Positions 1-7,776 of a stretch of DNA of 61,077 nucleotides are shown here, one piece after another. Position 1 is the first letter of the stretch, and each line of letters opens with the position of its first letter. Location: contig JAFZAI010000083.1 of the NCBI GenBank assembly GCA_017557325.1, positions 1 to 61,077 of the forward strand. Direction: 5' to 3'. The stretch comes from Bacteroidales bacterium (GTDB lineage Bacteria; Bacteroidota; Bacteroidia; Bacteroidales; UBA932). The position numbers were made by a program, and so were the translations under genes. The notes below the pieces were generated by a model. It did no database searches. It was given only the letters and a program-made list of their open reading frames with translations, and had not been told where the DNA came from.

Positions 1-615
1 CAGCCACAGATCGAGGGCGGAAGACTGCTTCTGCTCGGCAATGGCCTTATTGATATTGCCGGGACCGGCGTTGTAGCTGGCCGCAGCCGTCATCCAGTCG
101 CCATAGCGCCGGTAGGAATTCTTCAGATACTGGCAGGCCGCCACCGTCTCCTTGTCGATGTTGTACCTTTCGTCCACCTCCTGGCTAACCTCCAGATTGT
201 AGGTGGCCGCCGCGGATTTCATAAACTGCCACAGCCCGGCCGCACCAGCCCTGGAATAGGCCTTGGGGTCGAGGTTGCTCTCGATGACGGCCAGATATTT
301 GAGGTCGTCGTGCACGCCCTGCACCCTGAGGATCGGCTCCACTTGCGCGAAGATGCGCGGCGCCCGCTTCAGGATCATCGTCGAGGAGCTGTGCATGTAA
401 GTGAAGGACAGCAGCTCGCGATCGAGGCGCTCCCGGAAATCGGGGCGGTCGAGGCGGACGGTATCCCCCGCGAAGACCACGTAGTCGGGAATGCCCGGGG
501 CTTTGGGATGCCGGAGGGAATCGGTGGCAAAGGAAACCGTGTCACGCTGAGTGCGCGCCGTGATGCAGGAAGTCGCGGCGGTCAGGAGGAGAATAGCGAG
601 GAGGATTCTTCGCAT
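1..615 (-). CDS. Lytic transglycosylase, SLT domain (MltD-like); 3' end runs off the window
   Basis: Manual translation from ATG at 615: MRRILAILLLTAATSC... with SLT motifs LKYLAVIES, AGAAGLWQFM and AAASYNAG. Confidence 0.9.
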   Translation of the reverse strand, partial: MRRILLAILLLTAATSCITARTQRDTVSFATDSLRHPKAPGIPDYVVFAGDTVRLDRPDFRERLDRELLSFTYMHSSSTMILKRAPRIFAQVEPILRVQGVHDDLKYLAVIESNLDPKAYSRAGAAGLWQFMKSAAATYNLEVSQEVDERYNIDKETVAACQYLKNSYRRYGDWMTAAASYNAGPGNINKAIAEQKQSSALDLWL

Positions 616-618
616 CGC

Positions 619-1206
619 TTACAGCAGATTGGCAGCGGAAGCCGTCTTGTCGGAAGCCTTGAATACGAAGCCGTTCTTCTTGTAAGTCCAGGTGTACAGC
701 GCGCCGGTCTTCTGGTTCTTAATGGTAAGGGTCTGGCGGAATACGCGGATCTCATTGACATTCCCTTTGACGGCACCGATCTCGCCAATGGAGATCCATT
801 TATTGTCCTTGTACTGGAGAATGAACGCGATGATCCCGTTGCCGGCGTCATCCCGGACGGCAATCACCAGCTCCGGAAGGGTGTCATCGGTAAAATCGTG
901 CACGCCGACGACGAAATCGCCCTTGAGCACGGGCATACTGTAGTCGTACGCGGCAGGGACCTTCAGCCCATCCTTGTAAAGAACGACTTTCTGGCTGCCC
1001 TTGGCGACACTCACGGTCTCTTCCAGGACTTCGACCTTGAAGGCGTTGTTCTTGATGGAAAATCCGAGCCCGCCGGCCTCGCCGACGATATAGTTGTCGA
1101 GTCCGATGACGAAGGTCTTGGAATCAATATCCGATCCGGTCCGCAGCTGCGCGGAGCATACTACGGCGGCAAGGAGCGCAGAAAAGAATAATGCTATTTT
1201 TTTCAT
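619..1206 (-). CDS. Exported hypothetical protein
   Basis: 195-aa ORF with signal peptide MKKIALFFSALLAAVVCSA; ends 3 bp before the SLT gene start. Confidence 0.75.
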   Translation of the reverse strand: MKKIALFFSALLAAVVCSAQLRTGSDIDSKTFVIGLDNYIVGEAGGLGFSIKNNAFKVEVLEETVSVAKGSQKVVLYKDGLKVPAAYDYSMPVLKGDFVVGVHDFTDDTLPELVIAVRDDAGNGIIAFILQYKDNKWISIGEIGAVKGNVNEIRVFRQTLTIKNQKTGALYTWTYKKNGFVFKASDKTASAANLL

Positions 1207-1266
1207 ATCACTGAATTTTTCGTTACAAATGCAATAAGTGTACTGAATTGCAAATATAATGTTTTT

Positions 1267-1839
1267 TTAGATTCCTTCGCTATCGCTCGGAATGACAGAA
1301 TATTCGCAGCCGCAGTAATTCTGATTGTAAAACTGCTGCTCGGCGATGACTTCGCTACGGCGCTGCTGGAGGCCGCCTTTGCGCCAGTTACGGCCCCACC
1401 AGGTCACGCCCGGGAACAGCGAGCAGGCCCACTCCCCTGCATCATCCACCTGATGGAGATCTTTCCAGCGGGAGGATGCCAGGGTGGTCGTCAGAACATC
1501 GAAGCCGTGCTTTGAAGCATATTTCGCAGCCCTTTCGAGGCGGAAGCGGAAGCATTCCAGGCAGCGGCGCCCCCGCTCCGGCTCCCCTTCCCAGCCGCGG
1601 ATCGCACAACGCCAGGCCTCGTGATCGTACGCATCATTCACGATCTCCAGTCCGAGCAGGCGGGAGTAACGGAGGATTTCGCCGTAGCGCTTGTCGTATT
1701 CCCCCTCGGGAACAATGTTGGCGTTGGAAAAGAACACCACAGGGCGCACGCCCTGCTGCACGAGGTACTCGAGAATCGCCCCCGAGCACGGCGCGCAGCA
1801 GCTATGCACCAAAATCCGTCCTGACGGAACCAGTTCCAT
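1267..1839 (-). CDS. queH: Epoxyqueuosine reductase QueH (DUF208)
   Basis: HSCCAPCS, RCLECFRFRL and YNQNYCGC motifs; ATG at 1839 lies 6 nt after TATCTTTG. Confidence 0.92.
   Translation of the reverse strand: MELVPSGRILVHSCCAPCSGAILEYLVQQGVRPVVFFSNANIVPEGEYDKRYGEILRYSRLLGLEIVNDAYDHEAWRCAIRGWEGEPERGRRCLECFRFRLERAAKYASKHGFDVLTTTLASSRWKDLHQVDDAGEWACSLFPGVTWWGRNWRKGGLQQRRSEVIAEQQFYNQNYCGCEYSVIPSDSEGI
1269..1296. repeat. REP-like palindrome (GTCATTCC...GGAATCT family) forming the last codons of queH
   Basis: AGATTCCTTCGCTATCGCTCGGAATGAC; same ends as the copies at 5198, 10887, 14861 and 47093. Confidence 0.8.
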
Positions 1840-1845
1840 ACACTG

Positions 1846-1996
1846 CAAAGATAGTAAAAAAAGCGCAAAATGTTATTTGCTGAAAATCAACGCTTTATAT
1901 AAAAGACCTTACTCGAAATATAGTAAGGTCTTTTTAATAAACCCCTAATATTCAAGTTGTTATATTTTACATCTTCCCAGTTTTTATGTATTTTTG
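1846..1996. promoter_or_regulatory. Divergent Bacteroidetes -7 promoters (queH and GH92) with a central 13-bp inverted repeat
   Basis: TATCTTTG on the minus strand (1846-1853), TATTTTTG on plus (1989-1996); AAAAGACCTTACT-N8-AGTAAGGTCTTTT at about 1900-1933. Confidence 0.7.
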
Positions 1997-2000
1997 CAGT

Positions 2001-4535
2001 ATGACGATCCTTTTTGTGCTTCTGACTGCCTTGTTGCGCTATGCCGACCCGATGGTCGGGACGGATGCGCACGGGCATACCTTTCCCGGAGCGGTGTACC
2101 CCTTCGGGATGGTGCAACTGAGCCCGGACACGCGGCCGCGGAGCGGCGACTGGGATGGCTGCAGCGGGTATCATTACAGCGACAGCGTAATCTACGGCTT
2201 CAGCCATACGCATCTCAGCGGAACGGGTTGCGACGACTGGTGCGACATTCTTGTCACGCCGGGCGACGGCCCCTCCCATTTTTCGCACAGCCGTGAAAAA
2301 GCTTCTCCGGGCTACTATGAGGTCTATCTGGACGATGCCCGGGTACTGGCCAGAATGACCGCAGGGAGGCGTTGCGGCGTGCACGAGTACACCTTCGATG
2401 CGGGTGTGACGCCTAGACTTACAGTTAACCTGAAGCATCGGGATTATCTGGAAGAAGGGATCCTCCATACCGGTTCGACCTGGTGCAGCGGCAAGCGGGT
2501 CTCCTCCAGTTGGGCTCGGCATCAGACCGTCTATTTTTATATGGAATTCTCCGCTCCCGGCGAGGCTGTCATAGAGGGCGATAAGGCCATCTTCACCTTC
2601 CACGACCGCGCCATTACCGTCCGGGCAGCGATTTCCAGCGTTTCCGAAGAGGCGGCTAAAGCCAACCTCCACGCCGAGTATCCGACCACCTTCCAATCCG
2701 TCCGAAAGGGTACGGAAAAAGCCTGGCAGGCGTATCTCGGCAAACTGAAATGCCCCTACAAAGACACGGAACATCGACGCCGATTCTACACGGCCCTCTA
2801 CCATACCGGCATTCACCCCTCCCTCTACAGCGACGCCGATGGCCGCTACCGCGGGATGGATGGGGAGATCCACCACACCGACGGCTGGGACCGCTACACT
2901 GTATTCTCCACCTGGGATACCTTCCGCGGCGAGCATCCGCTCCTGAGTATCATCGAGCCAGAACGGACGGTGGATTTCATCAAGACGATGATCTCCATCT
3001 GGGAGGAGAACGGCAAACTCCCCGTCTGGGAACTCTCGGGCTATGAAACCGACTGTATGATCGGTTATAACAGCGTTCCGGTTATTGCCGATGCGATTGC
3101 CAGAGGGATCACCGGATTCGATGTGGAGAAGGCCTACGAGGCGATGAAAGCTTCTTCCAAGCGTCCCGAACACGGAATGGAAAGCTTTCGCCGGAATGGG
3201 TTTGTGCTGGCTGACGACGAACACGAGAGCGTCTCCAAGACGTTGGAATTTGCCTACGACTACTGGTGCGTGGCACAGGTTGCAAAGTATCTGGGGCGCA
3301 CGATTGAATCTACGTATTATATGCGCTGCAGCGAGGCCTGGCGGAATGTGTTCGACCCCTCGACCGGCTTTATGCGGGCGCGGCTGAACGGCCGATGGTA
3401 CACGCCCTTCGATCCGCGGGAAGTCAACAATAATTATACGGAAGCTAATTCCTGGCAGTACAGTTTCTTTGTGCCGCACGATATCGACGGCTTGATTGTC
3501 GCGATGGGTGGGCCGGAAGCCTTTGAGGAGAAGTTGGATGCGTTATTTGACGGTCCGGAAGGCAATACCGGCCGCACGCAGGTCGATATCACGGGCTGCA
3601 TCGGGCAGTATGCCCACGGGAATGAGCCCAGCCATCACATTCCCTATCTGTACAATGCCATCGGCAAGCCCGAAAAGGCGGAGGCCCGGGTCCGGCAGAT
3701 TCTGGAGACGCTCTACACTTCCGCACCGGACGGATTGTGTGGGAATGACGACTGCGGGCAAATGTCTGCCTGGTACGTGCTCAGTTCGCTGGGGCTGTAT
3801 CCGGTTTGCCCCGGTAAGATCGGGGAACGTGACACGGTTAAGCGAAGGCTGATCACTTGCCCGGTCTTCAGGATGGAGAATGATATCTTCGCCGATTCCC
3901 TCCAGGTAAGCCTGGAAGGGGAAGGAATCCTGTGGTACCGCGTGAATGGAGGCTTGTTCAATCCTTATTTCGGGCCGTTCGTGGTCCGGAAAACGAGCAC
4001 GCTGGAGGCTTTTGCAAGGACGGATGCCGGAATGAGTCCATACACCCGTAGCCGGGTATACCGTATTCATACCGACCGGGACATAGCCATTCACTCCCGG
4101 GTCAGCAAATCATACACGGCTGGCGGCCCAGAGGCGCTCATCGACGACCGACGCGGCGGCCTCAACTGGCGCACCGGCGGCTGGCAGGGCTATCAGGGAG
4201 TGGACTTTGAAGCGGTTATCGACCTCCGGGAAGTTCGGAACATCCACCTCCTCGGCGCCGGCTTCTGCCAGGATGCCCGTTCGTGGATCTGGCTGCCGTC
4301 AAAAGTTCTTTTTGAAGTTTCGGAAGATGGCGAGAACTGGGTCGAAGCAGCCTCTGCCGCCTCTCCGATGGCAATGGACGATCATACCATCCGGATCTGG
4401 GACTGTAAATTCCCCGTCTCGCTCCAAGCTCGCTATATTCGGGTGCGGGCCCTCAACCCCGGCCCCATCCCCGACTGGCACCCCGGCGCCGGCAGCCCGT
4501 CGTTCATCTTCATCGATGAGATCCAGGTAGAGTAG
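2001..4535 (+). CDS. GH92 alpha-mannosidase with C-terminal Fn3-like and F5/8 (discoidin) domains
   Basis: GHTFPGAVYPFGMVQLSPDT, FSHTHLSGTG, YTEANSWQY, HGNEPSHH, GNDDCGQMSAW; C-terminal PDWHPGAG...FIDEI. Confidence 0.92.
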   Translation: MTILFVLLTALLRYADPMVGTDAHGHTFPGAVYPFGMVQLSPDTRPRSGDWDGCSGYHYSDSVIYGFSHTHLSGTGCDDWCDILVTPGDGPSHFSHSREKASPGYYEVYLDDARVLARMTAGRRCGVHEYTFDAGVTPRLTVNLKHRDYLEEGILHTGSTWCSGKRVSSSWARHQTVYFYMEFSAPGEAVIEGDKAIFTFHDRAITVRAAISSVSEEAAKANLHAEYPTTFQSVRKGTEKAWQAYLGKLKCPYKDTEHRRRFYTALYHTGIHPSLYSDADGRYRGMDGEIHHTDGWDRYTVFSTWDTFRGEHPLLSIIEPERTVDFIKTMISIWEENGKLPVWELSGYETDCMIGYNSVPVIADAIARGITGFDVEKAYEAMKASSKRPEHGMESFRRNGFVLADDEHESVSKTLEFAYDYWCVAQVAKYLGRTIESTYYMRCSEAWRNVFDPSTGFMRARLNGRWYTPFDPREVNNNYTEANSWQYSFFVPHDIDGLIVAMGGPEAFEEKLDALFDGPEGNTGRTQVDITGCIGQYAHGNEPSHHIPYLYNAIGKPEKAEARVRQILETLYTSAPDGLCGNDDCGQMSAWYVLSSLGLYPVCPGKIGERDTVKRRLITCPVFRMENDIFADSLQVSLEGEGILWYRVNGGLFNPYFGPFVVRKTSTLEAFARTDAGMSPYTRSRVYRIHTDRDIAIHSRVSKSYTAGGPEALIDDRRGGLNWRTGGWQGYQGVDFEAVIDLREVRNIHLLGAGFCQDARSWIWLPSKVLFEVSEDGENWVEAASAASPMAMDDHTIRIWDCKFPVSLQARYIRVRALNPGPIPDWHPGAGSPSFIFIDEIQVE

Positions 4536-4622
4536 CGGGGCTTCGTAAAGACACCAAGTGTCATTAGCGTGGTCAAAAAATGTCACGCTACAGTCAATAA
4601 AGGGTTTAGACACTGCCGAAAC

Positions 4623-5252
4623 TTACCGGTAGAAGAGAATTCCGAAGTAGAAGCGTGGCCCGTGGGGTAGAAGGGAGCCCTTATGGATGGGGCAGAGCCA
4701 ATCGGCCTTGAAGGTAAAGTGAAGGGGGCCGGCGACGAGGATGTCGAAGCCCGCGAAGGGCGCGACGGCCAGGAAGGGCTGGCGATGGTAGAGGGTACCG
4801 TCGATCGGTTCCCAATCGGAGGAGGGCTCTTCGGCCATCAGGAGCGTCGTCATTGAACCTCCGCCGATCGTGAAGCCCGCGTAGGGCATAAAACGCCCCA
4901 CAACGGTGTATGCATCGGCCAGCACGCCGCCCCAGCCGCTTTTGAGGTGGCTTCCGTTCCCCCGCTGCTTCAAGGTGGAGACATAGCCCTCGCCGCCGAG
5001 CCGGAAATGATTGCCCAGGTGAATCCGGAAGGCGCCGCCGACGCCGAAAGGCGCGCCCTTGAGCGCCTGGCCCGCCACGGTGCCATACTGGTAGCCCGTA
5101 TGCAGCATCATACCGCCGTCGAAGCCCTGGTAGACCTTCTGGCTCTGCGCGCCGAGGGGGGCGGCAAAGAGCAGAAGGAGGAAGGTGAGAAGGAAGGAGA
5201 TTCTCTCGGCCTTCGGCCTCGGAATGACAGAAAAGTGGCGAAGCAGTGTCAT
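4623..5252 (-). CDS. Outer-membrane beta-barrel-like hypothetical protein
   Basis: Signal peptide, Gly/aromatic amphipathic strands, C-terminal PRFYFGILFYR; overlaps the LuxR gene stop (ATGA). Confidence 0.7.
   Translation of the reverse strand: MTLLRHFSVIPRPKAERISFLLTFLLLLFAAPLGAQSQKVYQGFDGGMMLHTGYQYGTVAGQALKGAPFGVGGAFRIHLGNHFRLGGEGYVSTLKQRGNGSHLKSGWGGVLADAYTVVGRFMPYAGFTIGGGSMTTLLMAEEPSSDWEPIDGTLYHRQPFLAVAPFAGFDILVAGPLHFTFKADWLCPIHKGSLLPHGPRFYFGILFYR
5198..5228. repeat. REP-like palindrome in frame in the N-terminus of the beta-barrel gene
   Basis: AGATTCTCTCGGCCTTCGGCCTCGGAATGAC, read on the minus strand as VIPRPKAERI. Confidence 0.78.
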
Positions 5253-5845
5253 TCTACGGAGTTGATATCGATGAGATTGTTCAGCAGGGCGTAGACCGTG
5301 AGACCGGCGACGGTCTTGATGCCGGTCTTGCGGGTGATGTTCTTGCGGTGGGTGATAACCGTGTAGACAGAGAGATTGAAGCGGTCGGCAATCTCCTTGT
5401 TGAGCATTCCCTTGGCCACGCAGACAAGGATTTCCTTCTCGCGGGCAGAGAGTTCTTCTCCCTCCGAGCGGACGGTCTCACGGGCAGATTCCAATGCTCC
5501 CCGCACCTTGAAGATGATACCGGACGGCGCCTCGAACAGGTCGATGACCGCATCATACTGCCGGAGCGAATCTTCACTCTGGAGGGAAGTCAGCATCGCC
5601 ACGACGGGGGCGTCGGTATATTCGGCAATCAGGGTCCGGGCCTGCGAGCGCGATTCCACGTCGAAGACCGAGGGATCCACGATCAGCACGTCGGCGGCAA
5701 AGCTGCGGATCCGGGCCAGGGCTCCGTGGGAGAGATCCTGGAGATTGCCGCAGACGGAGAATTCGCCGAGCTCGGCAAAGACCTGCTCCAGCCCCTTCGC
5801 CACGACGGCGGACGGAATGATCAGCAATATCCCTTTCTTAGCCAC
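5249..5845 (-). CDS. LuxR/GerE-family HTH transcriptional regulator with a degenerate receiver-like N-terminus
   Basis: LSAREKEILVCVAKGMLNKEIADRFNLSVYTVITHRKNITRK. Confidence 0.9.
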   Translation of the reverse strand: MAKKGILLIIPSAVVAKGLEQVFAELGEFSVCGNLQDLSHGALARIRSFAADVLIVDPSVFDVESRSQARTLIAEYTDAPVVAMLTSLQSEDSLRQYDAVIDLFEAPSGIIFKVRGALESARETVRSEGEELSAREKEILVCVAKGMLNKEIADRFNLSVYTVITHRKNITRKTGIKTVAGLTVYALLNNLIDINSVE

Positions 5846-6395
5846 GTTCCATCCTCCTGATCATCGGGACGAGGATGTGATCCTCAATCGCCGTGTGTTT
5901 GCGAAGATCATCCGACAGATACAGCAGTTGCTTCAGCAGGGCGACGGATTCCACCGGATCGCATTCCGGGGGAAGATACTTCGTGACAATATTCTTCAGA
6001 TCGTCAATCTTCTCCACAATATCCGTGTGGTCTTCCTCCCCCACCTGCACCACTTCTGGATGCTGCCCCTCCAGCAGCGCCTCGGCATACGGGAACACCT
6101 TCTCCTCCTCGTAGCGGAAATGCGTGAGCATCTCGTCGCGATAAGTCGTGTAGAAGGAAAAAATAACCTTCCGGATCCGCTCCTCGCAGGGCTCCAGGAC
6201 CGAATGGATGGTCGATTCAAGGCTCGTGAGGGCGACGTCCACATAATACCGGTGCGAGACCCGGAGATAATTGATGATATCCGAGACCTGTACCTTCGAC
6301 AGGACTTCCGACGAAGGAACGTATCCGTCGTAGGTGTAAATGTTGCTGACGAGATCGATGAGATCCGCAAGCTTGGTATCTTTGCCAACCTTCAT
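5838..6395 (-). CDS. Hemerythrin-like (RIC/YtfE-related) domain protein
   Basis: SHRYY, HFRYEEEKVFP and HTAIEDHILVP di-iron ligand motifs; adjacent to the LuxR gene. Alternative starts at 6425 or 6431. Confidence 0.8.
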   Translation of the reverse strand: MKVGKDTKLADLIDLVSNIYTYDGYVPSSEVLSKVQVSDIINYLRVSHRYYVDVALTSLESTIHSVLEPCEERIRKVIFSFYTTYRDEMLTHFRYEEEKVFPYAEALLEGQHPEVVQVGEEDHTDIVEKIDDLKNIVTKYLPPECDPVESVALLKQLLYLSDDLRKHTAIEDHILVPMIRRMERG

Positions 6396-6417
6396 AGGCG
6401 GTAAAGATAATAAATTT

Positions 6418-7770
6418 TCAGGCATAAGCATGCATTCCTCCCAAAATAAAATTCACCCCGAAGTATGTAAAGAGGACGGCACCAAAGGCAAGCAGGGTGC
6501 AAAGGTGGAAAAGACGGGGGCGGCGGAAGACGCCAAGCGAGGCGCAGAGCAGGACGCTTCCATAGATCAGCCACGTAATGAGCGCCCAGGTCTCCTTCGG
6601 ATCCCAGCTCCAGTAACTGCCCCAGGCCGACTTGGCCCAGAAAGACCCGAGAATAATCCCGGCCGTAAGGAAAAATACGGCAGGATACAGGATGCGACGG
6701 CTGATTCCGGCGAGACGCTGCGAGGCAGACTTGACGGCCAGCCCCAGCACCCCATTCAGCGCAGCCAGCCCCAGCAGCGAATAACTCACCATCATACTCA
6801 ATACGTGCACCGCGAGAAAAGGCGATTGCAGCGCCGGATTGGCCGCCGTCAGGGATGGATCGGCAAAGGACAACGAGGCGACGAGCATCGAGAAGCCGGC
6901 AAGCATCAGGCCGGAGGGCAGCAACACGGGGATCCGACGACATAGCGGAAGCGCCAGGAGCAGAGCAAGCCAGGCTATGAGCAGCATTACGCAATAAGTT
7001 CCCGACAGCGGCGCGTGACCGGACACGTACCAGTTGAGCCCCAGCACAAGGCTCAGGTATGCCAGGAGCAGGGACGAAAGAACAATGGCGGCAACCGTCA
7101 TCCCCTTGGGGACAGATCTTACCCGCGTGAAGGACAGGATAGTAAGGATAAATAGTAGAAGCCCGGCTGCCAGCGAGACCATAAAGGGAATTTTCGGGCG
7201 GGCAATGCAGTTGTACAGTTTCTCAGCCCGTACCTTCGCCGCCGACGGGAGTGTATCCCCTGCCACTTTTTCCTGATAGGCGCGAATGCCGTCAATCAGA
7301 TATCCAGCCTCCTCCCAATTCTCCTCCCGGACGGCCTTCTCCACCATCCCCAGCGACTTGCGGATAAAGACCCACCGGTCGAAATCATCCATCACGGATT
7401 GCGGAAGTTCATCCTTCGCCGCATACCACTGCACCACATCCGCGGAATCCCTCACCGGAAACACCGGCATCGACCGCCAAACGGCCGGATCCTCCTCCAA
7501 CAACTCAACCGTCGTCACCCGTCCATAACGATAGACGTAGAGTTCGTCCTCCACCCCCTCCCGGGCTGAAAGAGGGATAGCCAGAAAGGCTAGAAGGAGA
7601 AGTAATGTAATTTTATGTATAACGCTTCCTGAAAATTTTGGTACTTCAGTGGATAAAACCGTGGCCGCCCGAGGCCTCGTGAACGGGAGGGGCCCGCAGT
7701 CGAAGACTGTGGGAGGGATGGAGGTGCGAAGCACCGGAAGTTTTAGGAACTGAAGTACCAAAATTTTCAT
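6418..7770 (-). CDS. ccsA: Cytochrome c biogenesis protein CcsA (system II haem synthase), N-terminally shortened
   Basis: WWD domain WAKSAWGSYWSWDPKETWALITW, conserved His in AVHV and GMHAY; the only in-frame ATG upstream of the signal-like segment is at 7770. Confidence 0.88.
   Translation of the reverse strand: MKILVLQFLKLPVLRTSIPPTVFDCGPLPFTRPRAATVLSTEVPKFSGSVIHKITLLLLLAFLAIPLSAREGVEDELYVYRYGRVTTVELLEEDPAVWRSMPVFPVRDSADVVQWYAAKDELPQSVMDDFDRWVFIRKSLGMVEKAVREENWEEAGYLIDGIRAYQEKVAGDTLPSAAKVRAEKLYNCIARPKIPFMVSLAAGLLLFILTILSFTRVRSVPKGMTVAAIVLSSLLLAYLSLVLGLNWYVSGHAPLSGTYCVMLLIAWLALLLALPLCRRIPVLLPSGLMLAGFSMLVASLSFADPSLTAANPALQSPFLAVHVLSMMVSYSLLGLAALNGVLGLAVKSASQRLAGISRRILYPAVFFLTAGIILGSFWAKSAWGSYWSWDPKETWALITWLIYGSVLLCASLGVFRRPRLFHLCTLLAFGAVLFTYFGVNFILGGMHAYA
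7630..7769. repeat. 140-bp structured MITE/RPE-like element with 21-bp perfect terminal inverted repeats
   Basis: TGAAAATTTTGGTACTTCAGT (7630-7650) and ACTGAAGTACCAAAATTTTCA (7749-7769); internal hairpins; related copy at 52493-52619. Confidence 0.85.
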
Positions 7771-7776
7771 CAAAGG

